A DNA stretch of 64,000 nucleotides from contig RDEW01000006.1 of assembly GCA_011109175.1 (NCBI GenBank), positions 1,047,184-1,111,183 of the forward strand, given 5' to 3'. The translations under genes were made by a program, and so were the position numbers. The stretch is from Dicyema japonicum. Taxonomy: Eukaryota; Animalia; Dicyemida. Below, piece by piece: positions 13,331-24,499 of the stretch. Numbering within the stretch: the stretch's first letter is position 1; every line of letters starts with the position of its first letter. A model generated the notes under the pieces. It ran no database searches. It was not told the origin of the DNA and was given only the letters and a program-made list of their open reading frames with translations.

Positions 13331-14904
13331 GGTTGTCATAATAATTTTTTTTTGTTTTGCGGTTTACATAGAGTGGCAGGAGAGGAACTGCAGGGCTCTC
13401 ATTTCCAGTCTTGGGGAACTCCATGACCGACAACTTGGGACCTGGGTCAGCCGGGGACGGGCGTCCAGAATTGCCCCTCTAAAAGGGCAGGGCTTCGGCT
13501 CATATCTCCTGATCGCCTGGAAATATGAGATGAGTAGCTCGTGCAGAGGATAATCTGGCATTTTTGCTTCTCTGATGAAAATTCTTTGTTTTTGTATGAA
13601 AAGATCTTCTGTAAATATAGGGGAGAATGTTGGGCCGATAATAGATTTTGCGGTTTTGAATATTTGATGGTCGATGTTCTTGAAACAAAGACCGAGCCTC
13701 ACTTGCATAGAGCAACATCGGCTGGACAAACTGTTGTAGATCATCTGAAGGCATCCAGCGTCACTTCTGAGAGCCTTGGTAACGACTTTTAATATCATCA
13801 TCCTCTTCAGTGCGGCCGTTACCCGGTTATCCACATGCTTTGCGAAAGAGAGTCCCTGGTCGAGTGTCACTCCAAGTATATTTGGTGTGTAATTGATGGG
13901 AATTACTGTTTTATTGAGAGAAATGTTTGGTTTCAATGAATAGTGCCTCTTGCACGTTGTAAATAGGGTAGTATAGGATTTTGTAGGGAAACTTCAAGAC
14001 GAAGTTTCTTGAGCCAAGAAGTTAAATTGTTAAGCATGTCCTGGGCCATCGTGGTAGCAGTTTGGAACTCTTTGTTCTTTGCAGCGATAATGATATCGTC
14101 CGCGTATGATAGTAGAACAATTTTCGTAGTGCGGTTTCGGAATGTCATTGATGTACAGATTGAAAAGGGCTGGCGATAGTGGAGATCCTTGAGGGACCCC
14201 ATTTGGTAGGAGACGGGATTTTGACTTTATGTTATTGCAAATCACTTGTCCACGTCTCCCATTAAGAAGTTGGCATTCCATAGTTTTATGTTTGGGTGGA
14301 TGCATGTATCGTAAATTTTCTCAGTAAGGAGTTTTCTTGAGACTGTGTCGAAAGCCTTTGTTATATCAACAGAGACCAAGACTGTCCGTTGGTGTGGTTT
14401 AGTGGAATTGAATCCCTCTGCAATGAACTGGCACAGGGACGTTAGGTATGTTGCTGTGGAGTGTTTAGCCCGGAATCCATGTTGGAAAGGAGAGAGCTGG
14501 ATGTAGTCTTTGATATTTTCAAAAACTAATCTTTCGAGTATTCGGGAAAGTGAACATAGGATCGAGATTGGTCTGTAGAAGAGGGGTCATTTTCGGATTT
14601 TTCTAAGATTGGTTTGATCTTTTCCAGACATCCTAATAATGTTCATATTTATTGATATTGTGAATATGTAAGAATTAAATCTAGAGCAAGTGGTCCTAGA
14701 TGCTTTAGTTCCGTTGTAGAAATATGGTCTGGACCTCGGGCTTTGGAGTTTCGGGCCTTTGATATTGCCCACTGGACGTCTTTCGCCGTAAATATGGTCC
14801 ACACGTATGATCCTTTCGGTTTTATTCTGTTTAAGAGTAATTGGTGTTCTTTTGAGTAGTTTTTATTTGCTATGGAAGCATTGTATTTCATTAAGGTGCT
14901 TGAA

Positions 14905-15650
14905 CTAACAGAAGTAACGTGGCGTCATACGGTTCACCTGGTGTTGTGGTGGCGTTCAGTTCAAGTTCTGCATGGAAGAGAACCGTTTGACTTTCCCTAC
15001 CTTTCTGCGATCTTTAGAAGGGTGGCCTACCAACTCCCCAGTTTTCTCTTTACTACTGTCTGGTGATGCATAACCTAATCCGGGACCCAACTGCACGCTG
15101 ACTATTCTACAGTTAGATGTAAATGGAATCCGCAATAAAATGTTGGAATTACGATCCCTCTTATCCCATTTGAAAGTGGACATTACCCTCATTCAAGAAT
15201 CGAAGCTCTCTATAAAGTCCCCAACACCTTAATATTGTGTACTTCGCAAAGACCGAACAAGAAGTCTCGGAGGAGGATTATTGACTATCGTTAAGGATGG
15301 ACTTAAATTCACGAATGTCACCCCTTCTGTATTTCTCTCTGCAAAGGGGATCTTATTCTGGAACAGATTTCTATTGAAGTTCCTTTTTCTTCGACGAGAT
15401 GTTTTACACTGTGTAATGTTTATATCCCGCTTTAGGGGTCATGTACTACTTCCTACATCCCCAACCTATTGAGACTGTGTGGACTAAAGGATCTGCTACT
15501 ATGCGGAGATCTAAATGCCAAACATCCACTCTGGCTCCGGACACAATCAGCCGACAGTCGCGGCGAGTACATCCTTTCCTTACTTAATGACTATCCTCAA
15601 TGACCCGGACGCTCACACAAGGACCCCGTCCCGCAGAAGCGACAGTTTAA
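14905..15650 (+). mobile_element. 5' fragment of a second 2A-APE LINE, inserted in opposite orientation
   Basis: FSLLLSGDA*PNPGPNCTLTILQLDVNGIRNKMLEL..DITLIQESKL..GGLLTIVKDG..CGDLNAK. Confidence 0.8.
15050..15088 (+). other. Degenerate 2A motif LLLSGDA(E>stop)PNPGP
   Basis: tta cta ctg tct ggt gat gca TAA cct aat ccg gga ccc. A single GAA>TAA change explains the stop. Confidence 0.75.
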
Positions 15651-16613
15651 TGTACGAATTCTTATTATATCCTCCTTCGACGCTATGTTCTTTTTCTTTA
15701 AATAGTTTCTTTCTATGACTAAATGTTTGACTGTTCAATTGAATCGCCTGTTTGTCGGTTGTCTTCCCATTGAAATAAATAATTTTCTAGCTTCTTGAAT
15801 GAACGAAGAAAATTGCTTTATTATGTTGTTTAGTGATGGGGCAGTATGTAGTTTTGATAACTTGATCTGCATGTCAATATAGCTCGAAAATTTTGGCCAG
15901 TCAGCGAGGTTATAGTTCATCAAAGTAAGGAGTGACCTTCGATAATTTGATCTTGTTTTTATTTGTAAAATGATCGGATTATGATCACTCAGTTTCGTAT
16001 TTCACGCTTCATGAAATTGAAGAAGACAGATTGGGAGACGCGATTGAAACGTCAGGGGATGACGGTTTATCATTTTGTCTTGAGGGGTTCTTGTGTGACA
16101 GTTATGGTCGTTTAGGATGCAAAAGGTTCCCAAGTCTTCGATTAGCACGTCTTCCCGCCTGTTTGACGTCTGACCTCTCAGCCAAAGCAGATGTTTTGTA
16201 TTTAGATTACTGCAAATAAGAAGTTCTTTAGTGAGCTGATCGACGAAAGTTTTGGGCAAGTAACTGATGATGAAGGAGGTAGATATGAATTGATCAGAGT
16301 AAGACGTAACCTTGGGAGTTAGATTTTTGTGGCCAGAATTTCGATACTTTCATGGTTTTGGAGACGGTTGTTGACGTATTTGGTGATATCTTCATAAGGG
16401 ATCCCGTTTCGTATGATGATTAGTAAGCCTCCCTCAAGTTTTCCACATCTATCTCTGCGGATACTGAGTATCCAGGAAATTTTTGAGTTGTATTCGCACT
16501 TCTGAGTTTGGATTCTTGTAATAGAAGGACATCAATTCTATATTTTTCCATAAGGTTTTTGAGTTCGATAATCTTACATTCGATCCGTTTATATTTATTT
16601 ACAAGATCTTTAG

Positions 16614-16652
16614 GGGGCCGGGGTTCGATTCGACGTCCCCACACAGAGACAT
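16614..16652 (-). other. 2A motif MSLCGDVESNPGP
   Basis: Minus strand reads atg tct ctg tgt ggg gac gtc gaa tcg aac ccc ggc ccc, followed in frame by the APE start LKIL. Confidence 0.85.
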
Positions 16653-16869
16653 TCCGTCCTTGTCAGTCCATCTTTGTAGGATAGAGGAAGTGTAACTCTT
16701 TTTTTTTAAATGTCTCCAGTTCGGTAAGTTAAGTGAAATTCAATTAACCCCGAGAATTTTTTGACTCAAATTAGAGAGGAATTAGTTACTTTATTGATGT
16801 AATTATATTAATGTTTGAAAAGTATTTAAAATAAAAAAAAACAGAATTAATTAAAATGATCGGCCTAAT

Positions 16870-17215
16870 TGTCATTGTGCTTCTACGATAAGCATCCGAA
16901 GACTCAGAGACAATAAAATATTACAGCGACCCCTTCCTCCAATAGACCAATTAGAACCCTCTCTTCCAAGAGATGTTCGAGTAAACCTGAGTCGTCTAAA
17001 ATGTGGGCACCACCCATATCTACCAATATGATATACTCTGTCCCTTTTGCAACCTCCACGTGTTGACAACAAATCACCTATTTGAATGTCATGAATTGGC
17101 ACAACGTTTCTCCACAATGCCGGAACTGACCGATCTATGGGAACGACAACATCTGCTGCATCCTACTTAATAGCTGCTGGCCTCCTACAAGTTAGTGAGG
17201 CTGGGGTTACTTAAC
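16870..17215 (+). mobile_element. Ingi/I-like LINE 3' end
   Basis: LPRDVRVNLSRLKCGHH..CPFC..TTNHLFEC..DLWE (C-terminal zinc motif). The terminal sequence recurs at 43720-43790. Confidence 0.7.
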
Positions 17216-17299
17216 TAACCAATTGTCCTTGTTTTACTGTTTTTTGTTAATTATTATATTTCATCTAAAATTCATTTCAAATACGAATCAAACAATCAT

Positions 17300-18125
17300 T
17301 CCATTAAAGTCAACAATTATTATGGAATAATTTTATGGAAAAAATATAGTTAACTTTATTTTAATTTTTTACAGATAAATCATATTCTAGCTTAGAACTC
17401 CAAGTTAGAAAGGCTATTTTTACTGAAAACTGAAAACAAACACAATTTACTTTTTAATCAAGGAAAATTTACCTACGAACAGGGAATTAATCAGTTTGCT
17501 GACATGGTTAATTCACAATATATTTTGTAGACATGAGAGAATTTAGCAAACCAAACAAATTTGATTTATATAATACTCAGAATGCATACGAAGATGGGTG
17601 GATGCATGTATCGTAAATTTTATTAAAGACCATATTAATGAAGATTATACAACGCATGTGAATGGAATAGAATATCCTTCATCTTTTTCTTTGATAAATC
17701 GAAATTATGTAACTGGTATAAAAGAACGAGTTCGTTCTTTTGGGGAATGTTATACATTTGGCGCAGTAAACTATTGTCTTATGTATTTTGGTGGCCACGC
17801 TGGAGTCGTGTTTTAGCAGTAAAACACGACAAACTTATATTTATGAGCGGACAAACATTATTGATTGTGTAAATGATGCTGGATCCTTTCTAATAAATTC
17901 CTCAAAAGTTTTTGATTATGTACAAAAAATGGAGGAATCAATTTTGAAAAACGATATTCATATACAGCAAAAGTAGTCATTTTTATAAATAATTTTAGGG
18001 TGGTAAATGCAATATGTTGGTCAACCAGATATTAAATTTAACTTGACAAGTTATAAATTACTCAAAAGAGGTGATAAAAAATGCTTTTGAATGTTCTCAT
18101 AAAAATTGGCCCTGTTAGTTTTATA
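17300..18125 (+). pseudogene. Cathepsin L-like (papain C1A) pseudogene, copy 1
   Basis: I29 prodomain KSYSSLELQVRKAIFTEN..TYEQGINQFADM. Mature domain YPSSF..VTGIK..GECYTFGAVATLES..NIIDC..FDYVQKNGG..YTAK..GPVS. Has stops, frameshifts and a mutated acceptor, and lacks the C-terminus. Confidence 0.75.
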
Positions 18126-18669
18126 ATGAAAAATTACTACTCTTAGACGGAAAGGCTGTTTATAATAATTATTAAAGACCAAGAAATTATCAAAATAAGA
18201 AGAAAGGCTTCCATTGGAAGATCTCGGCCACTATCACTAGCCTCCTTTTGAGGTTTATATGCAAAAACCCAGAGAACTGTAACCCTAGCTGCTGACCTTT
18301 GTGCCCAAATAAAGATGATTTGCTTATAAATTTAGACGTAATTTTATTTAATCTGTGTCTTATCTATTACGTCAAAGCAATCTCTTCAACTGGAATGGTA
18401 ATATTGGATATTCAATAAAATAGCAGAGACTTGCCTAATTAGATAAAAATAAATGATTTTTACAATTCAAATTAATTTGTCGTTAACATTTTGAAATGTT
18501 AGTCGGTGAGGGATAACTCGTCTAAAAATAACGTTTAATAAATAAATTTTCCGTACTTCATATTGGGTTTACGAGGAGTATGTTAGCAAATTCCGGGACG
18601 TGTTTGTACATACGACTATTTTATTATTAACGATAATATTAGAATAAAAGAATTTAAGTGGTAAAGTTT

Positions 18670-18790
18670 TATTGAAGAAAGAAAATAGAGCAACGGTTAT
18701 ATAGAAGCTGCCCTGACTACGTGGCTATTCCCCTCTCAGGATAGCGAGCGAGATTCGCTCGAATAACCAGCAACTCTCAAGAGAATTTAA
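18670..18790 (-). mobile_element. CRE-like 3' terminus
   Basis: WLFERISLAILRGNS; nearly identical to 32620-32710. Confidence 0.8.
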
Positions 18791-19301
18791 GTGTCTTTAA
18801 ATAAAGAATTTTGATAAAACGATAATAATAAAATAGAAGAATTTTCAACCGAATTTATTTTTTTTAAACTAATGTAGTTTTCAATACATACATTTAGTAA
18901 ACTATATTTAGATTTGGATCATAGTTGGGAATGCTCAGTGATTTACATTGTTAGGGTTTTAGAGTATGATGTCTTTTGGGTTTTAAATTTTTATCATCAT
19001 TTTTCAAGTAAACAGATAGACATTTAATTATTGCATTATTTAATATTTGATCAGTTCGCAACTTAACGGCTCAGATTAACTATCTATACCGGTTAGCGTT
19101 AACTTTCGGTCATACGTGAAACGGCTTTAATTGTTAAATCGATTTTGCGCCTCATTCTCAGCCTAACCTCATTTAGAACCGGTCACAGTAAATATAAGAC
19201 AATTGCATAATATTTGATAAATTATATCAAATTAGGTTTAAATATAATTTTTATCTTAAAAAATTCAAATTTACAATCCACAACAATACGTGTATTATAT
19301 T

Positions 19302-22300
19302 ATGCCAACAAATGCTCAGGGAAGACTGTGTCATCTTATCGTATCCTCAACCAACGAGGATCAGTTTGACGAGAAATACCTCAAAAATATGCTCAGTGAA
19401 TTCCTTTATAATTTTAGGGAGTGATGATGTAAATTCTAAAAAGATCGCAATGAAGACTATAATCCGATGTCTTAGCAGTGGAGTATCGATGCCATCTCTG
19501 TTTCTGGAAGTTATAAATCACGTGTCTAAGAACAAAGATCATTATTTAAAAAAATTATGGTTTCTCTTCTGGGAAATGATGCCTAAAATCGGTGCTAACG
19601 GTGAACCTCTTCCAGAAGTTGATTTTAGCATGTGACTCTTTTCTGAAGGTTTGCTTTAAATCTCAACCTTCAAGGACTTGCTCCATCCAAATGAATATCT
19701 AAGGGGATCAGTGCTCCGTTTTATGTCTAAAATGAGGGAACCAGTCGTCCTCCAGGCGATCTTCAACTATGTCATAGAAGGACTCAACCACCGGGAGCCA
19801 TATGTCCGGAGGAATGCAGTCTTGGCTATCTTTTCCATCCACAAGTGAAGAATCCCATCATTTTAGGAATTTCCCAAACATCATAGACAACGTACCCAAA
19901 ATAATAGTCAATTACCTCGAAAAGGAGTCATCATTGCCTTGCAGACGGAATGCGTTCATCGCCCTGCTTCACATCGACCAAAACATGGCCATGGAGTACA
20001 TAATTCGACGGATAGATTCTGTCAACACCTTCGGTGAGACTATGCAGCTCATCGTTGTCGAACTTATCGTCAAGGTTAGCCCTTTCATAACTTTCAGGTA
20101 TGTAGGAAGGATCAGTATCTTCGGTCTAGATTTATCCGTTGTGTTTATAGTCTACTAAACTCTGAGAGTCCCGCAGTCCGTTTTGAAGCTGCCAATACTC
20201 TCATCCTCCTCACATCTCTGCCGGCAGCTGTGAAAGTATCCATTAATGTTATTCCAGCAAGTCGTGAACTGTTACGTCGAGTTGGTTTCCGGAGAAAACG
20301 ACGTCAACGTCAGTTTAGTAATCCTGGGAAGACTCGGTGAACTGATAAAGTCATCTCCCTGTGGTAAATCAGTCCTCATGGTTCTCTATGTCCATAAGTA
20401 CTTGCAGGACAGTGCTGGGGAGATTCTAAGAATGCTAAGCTGCAACGACCTTTCAGTTAGAAGGCAGGTACTACAGTTCGTGACCAAATTGATCTCCCAG
20501 AAAAATATCAGCCAAGTACTCTTAACTTGTATAACCAAAGATCTCGACATCATTAAAAAACGAATTTTTGAGGTGTTCTTCTGATAAAACTGAGGAAATT
20601 AATGATAAATATAAAACATTGCTGATTCTAGCATTCAAAACTTGTTCCCTCCGTTTTCCTGAAACTCTGGAACTTATTTTACCTACAGTGACTTTTTATT
20701 GTTATCTCAGCTGACGGACCACCTCTCGGTTTCTTCAGAGTCAGTATCTAAAACCATTTTGGAGTTCATCCGTGCAAATTTTGCTGTCTCAGAAAACCGT
20801 GGATTGTTGATTAATCATGTATTTTCCGTGTTTTCTCAGATTCACTATCCAAGGTAATGAGAATTATCACATTCAGTTCCATCGATATTGCCACGTGGTT
20901 GGTTTCTGAGTTTTCTTTTTCCACTGATGAGATCAAAACAGGATTTAACCTCATAAGAAAGCTCTTCAATGAAGTATGTTGTTCCTAATATGCCAAGATT
21001 GTATCAATCTATTCGGATGAGGATAGATCTTGTGATATAACGGATAAGTTTCAAAATATTTCTCACGTGCTTAAAGATGGGAGTTACGTCACACAAAGTG
21101 CTTTAGCAAGCTCTAAAGCTGCCGAAGAGTCCATTGTCAGGTCCTTACTGGCAGTAACCACAGGCCATCGATCCTTGCTTACTTGGAGACAGACAATATG
21201 TTTACAGTTGCTTCTATTTGCTGCAGTCTGTCTAAATTATTAAAGAAGCTGGAGGCTAGTGACTGCCCCGAGAATATTAAAAATGTGGTTTTTTAACTAA
21301 TTTGTAGAAATTGCATGCCGAGGCCCTATTTGTGATGACCTGTATTCTCTGCTTTCTCGAAAATTCTAGGAAAAACAAAGTGGTCAGTCAGTCTGAAATT
21401 GAAAGGATCGAATCTGCAATTGTCTTTCTCTTAGATTCACCCATTACTAATGATTATACCTATGATTTGTTCATCAATCAGTTCAGGAGTTCATTTGCCA
21501 TTTCCACATCCTCTTGCAAGGATGAGCTTTTTGAAGGAGACATGAAAGTATTATCCTTTAAATTTACCCAGGATCTGTCTGTAGGAAACGAGCAGACGGC
21601 AATAGACGACGAAATCCCTTTTCGTTTTCTATCCAGTTCAACCAACGAAAGAACCCCCATGGACGTATTGCTATTTTGTTATTTTAGGCACAAATAAACC
21701 AATCCTTCTCTTTCAATGAACCCTTTTGTGTTAAGAAGGACTCTTTGGTTACTAATCAATGCTCGAGTGTTTTCCAACTTACCGGAATGGCCGATGTAGT
21801 GTATGCTGAGGCTCAAATAGAAATTAATAATTATACAATATGGCTGGATGTTTCCGTGGTAAACCAGACCACCGACACCTTGCAGAACTTTTCCCTAGAA
21901 CTGGCAGTGATTGGTATTTTTGTATAAGAACTGAAATAGGAGACATGACTGTTATAAATCATCCCCAGTCATGCAAATTGAGTCCCAAATCTTCATTGAA
22001 CATCTCAACTTCTGTTAGGATGTCCTCCTTGCAAAATGGAGTCATATTTGGGTGCCTAGGTAAACATTTTGGTTAATAAAAGTTTATGACACACGTGGTG
22101 CTCTAAATGATAGATGTTATGTTGTGTTGAACGATATTCGAATTGATCTTGTAGACTATATTCAGCCATCCTACTGTTCGGATGATGAGTTTAGGAGAAT
22201 GTGGTCGAACTTTGAATGGGAGAACAAGATAATGATAGATACTAACATAACTGACCTGAAAGAATTATTGGAACATATGCTTGAGGTCACTAAAATGAGA

Positions 22301-22562
22301 TGTCTGACATGTGATTCAGTTTATATTCTCATGATCTTAGTTGCTCAACTATGATTTGGGCTTCATTTCAGCCAATTTTTATTCAAAGTCAATTTTCGGA
22401 GATTCCATATTGGCCAACTTGAGTGTAGAAAGTAATCAATTCTCTGGGGAGATTAATGGACATATTAGAATACGCTCAATGTCTCAGGTTTACTAGTTTG
22501 TTGATTAATAGGCGGTTGCTATTAGTATTGGTGATTTAATAAATGCAAAACAAAGGAAATAA
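19302..22562 (+). CDS. COPB1: Coatomer subunit beta; many micro-introns, one apparent 1-nt insertion near 19620
   Basis: Motifs FWEMMPK, DLLHPNEYLRGS, YVRRNAVLAI, CRRNAF, VFQLTGMADVVYAEA, IDLVDYIQPSYCSDDEFRRMWSNFEWENK and AVSIGDLIN. Stop TAA at 22560-22562. Confidence 0.92.
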
Positions 22563-22699
22563 TATGCTTCTTTTAAATTTAAAATATATTTCGTTAGAGT
22601 TTACTAGTCGTATTCCCTGCGACTTTATGTGTGGACGTTTGCAAAACACTACAGGAGTATTCCGATATTATCATCAAGAAATATCTCTTTAACAGCATA

Positions 22700-23100
22700 G
22701 TGATATAATCTGATTCCTTTCTGTACTCCAACCAACCGTTTATCAAGATGTTTCTTCATCTCCCTACTGAATCATCTACCAACAAAACAGATTATGCAGA
22801 AGCTTGGCCACTCGCAGGGCTGAAAGCACCTGAAGCCCATATGAAACAGAAAGGCTTCTATAAACTCATATGTGAGGATAAATTTGAGGGACTACTTAAA
22901 AATAGGAATCAACACCGAGCCACCTGTCTGATCGATGGGTGATCTGTAGGAAGCTGAGCATGGATTGACGCCTTCCCGATTTAAGCAATGGATGATGGGA
23001 AAGTCCGCAATCAGGATCTCTATTGGTCTGGGTTTGAGAATATGCCAGGTTCACCATTGTTAATGGTGGTGGAATAGTTGATACTTACGGAGATAATTGG
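22700..23100 (+). mobile_element. CRE-like fragment (post-RT region)
   Basis: KFEGLLKNRNQHRATCL..AWIDAFP..SIGLGLRIC parallels 50880-51110. Confidence 0.55.
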
Positions 23101-24059
23101 CTCTTATGTAGTGAAACGAATACTGGAGTCTCCTGACACCCCTCCATAATAGACGGTGGCCTGGACAGGAAAGAAGGAAAGTTCTCTGACAGAGTAACAT
23201 CCGTTAGATGAGTTTATAATTTAAGTGAAATAATTAATTAATAAGTATCTTATGCAGTATGTTCTCACATATGGCTCCAAGAATTTATTAGATTCAAGTT
23301 TTCCGTGACAAAATTTGCCATAGACATATTCTTTGTTCTATACACTTTTAGCCATGGAAAATTCCTTAAAATTCCACTACCAAGATAATGCACTATTAGC
23401 CTAGATTTGGCAGACAGTTATGGTAGGTAACGAGACTTTACGATAATTCGAAACCAGCGTAGGAGCACTCCAAGGTGACTCGATATCACCATTTCTCTTC
23501 GTTGTCTATTTATATACGTAATAGAAGAGTGCTTTGAGTTGACTCGAGAATATCGAGTACAGCCGAAGTACACAATACCCGGTGCAATCCAATAAAGGTC
23601 TAACGAATTCAAAAATGATGTTTGACAAAGCAGATGTCCTAGATGCTCTCAGCAAAATATAATTTATCCAGAATCAATGGAAAGGTAAGGTAACGTCCAG
23701 TTCATGGGTTTATGTGAACCCTCAAATGAATGACTCAATGATGTGGAGGGTTGGTGGTCACACATAATGTAAAAAAGGAGCATCGTAGAAAAAAGGGGAC
23801 GAGATGAAAATTCCTAAGGACAAATATTATTGAGAGTTGTTAAATTGAAATGAAAAATTCCAAATACGACGGTAGCACCAAACTAACTACTCACGTCATC
23901 CTGGCACGCTCCTCTCTCGAACCCGCACAAGCACGTATCGGCCATATGACTAGATGCTCGTAGTCGAATGGGCACAAAATATTGTGGATGTTGAATGTGC
24001 TTTAAATTGTTGGATTCAAATGTATTTCAGCACTTGAGAATGCTAAATGTCCCAGTTTG

Positions 24060-24250
24060 TGGCCCACTCATTAAAAAATTGGTAATCTCCATATTGACCA
24101 TTAGTTTAAAAATTAAAGTCTTTTAAGGCATCAAATGGGTGGTTAGAATACTTTAAAAAAAGACATGAGTTGAAGTTCAAATCTCTGACAAAAATTAAAT
24201 TTTTGGAATTGATGGCTTTGTGTCATTCTTTAATGAAAAATTTGTCAATA
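24060..24250 (+). mobile_element. pogo/Tigger transposase HTH fragment
   Basis: FKASNGWLEYFKKRHELKFKSL is the CENP-B/Tc5 HTH motif. Confidence 0.7.
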
Positions 24251-24499
24251 CAAGAAAAAAATTTTAACATGAAACATCGCCGTGCCTATTTCAGGACGTC
24301 TGCTGTGAGCGACGAAGGAACTATGGATAGACGAAGGAAGAAGAGACGGGCCTGATGAGCTTTTACATCGACCTTCCTTCCAAATTTACAAGGGTGGGCT
24401 ATCCAAACATCCAATCTTAAGTGGACGTACACTCTCACATAAGCATATATCGGCCATATAACTTGATGCTCGTAGTCGCACAGGGACGCCAATAGTTCT

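Larger units (their letters stand above)
13340..16720 (-). mobile_element. Ingi/I-like APE-RT LINE with N-terminal 2A peptide; nearly full-length, decayed
   Basis: 2A, then LKIL(Q>*)ININ..IDVLLLQESKL (APE), KARGPDHIST, GVPQGSPLSPALFNLYIND, YADD and PNILGVTLD. A-rich tail near 13341-13355. Interrupted at about 14905-15650. Confidence 0.85.

Noticed and set aside
16612-16642. GGGGGCCGGGGTTCGATTCGACGTCCCC resembles a tmRNA 5' end or tRNA T-arm
   Set aside because: It is the antisense of the 2A codons (GDVESNPGP), and no other tRNA arms are present.
19600-19640. Euplotes-style programmed frameshifting in COPB1, ETFDH and the zinc-finger gene
   Set aside because: The sites share no motif and differ in direction, so sequencing indels are simpler.
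20381-20407. Rule that 3n-length micro-introns always carry in-frame stops
   Set aside because: Several do, but this 27-nt intron and 38738-38758 (21 nt) do not. The sample is small and AT-rich.
23290-23640. Gypsy RT-like SPWSAP or GIY-YIG-like reading on the minus strand
   Set aside because: Only one short motif, with two incompatible interpretations.
24345-24400. CTGATGAG hammerhead cores here and at about 29990-30010 (minus strand)
   Set aside because: No stem II closed by GAAA and no cleavage-site pairing.
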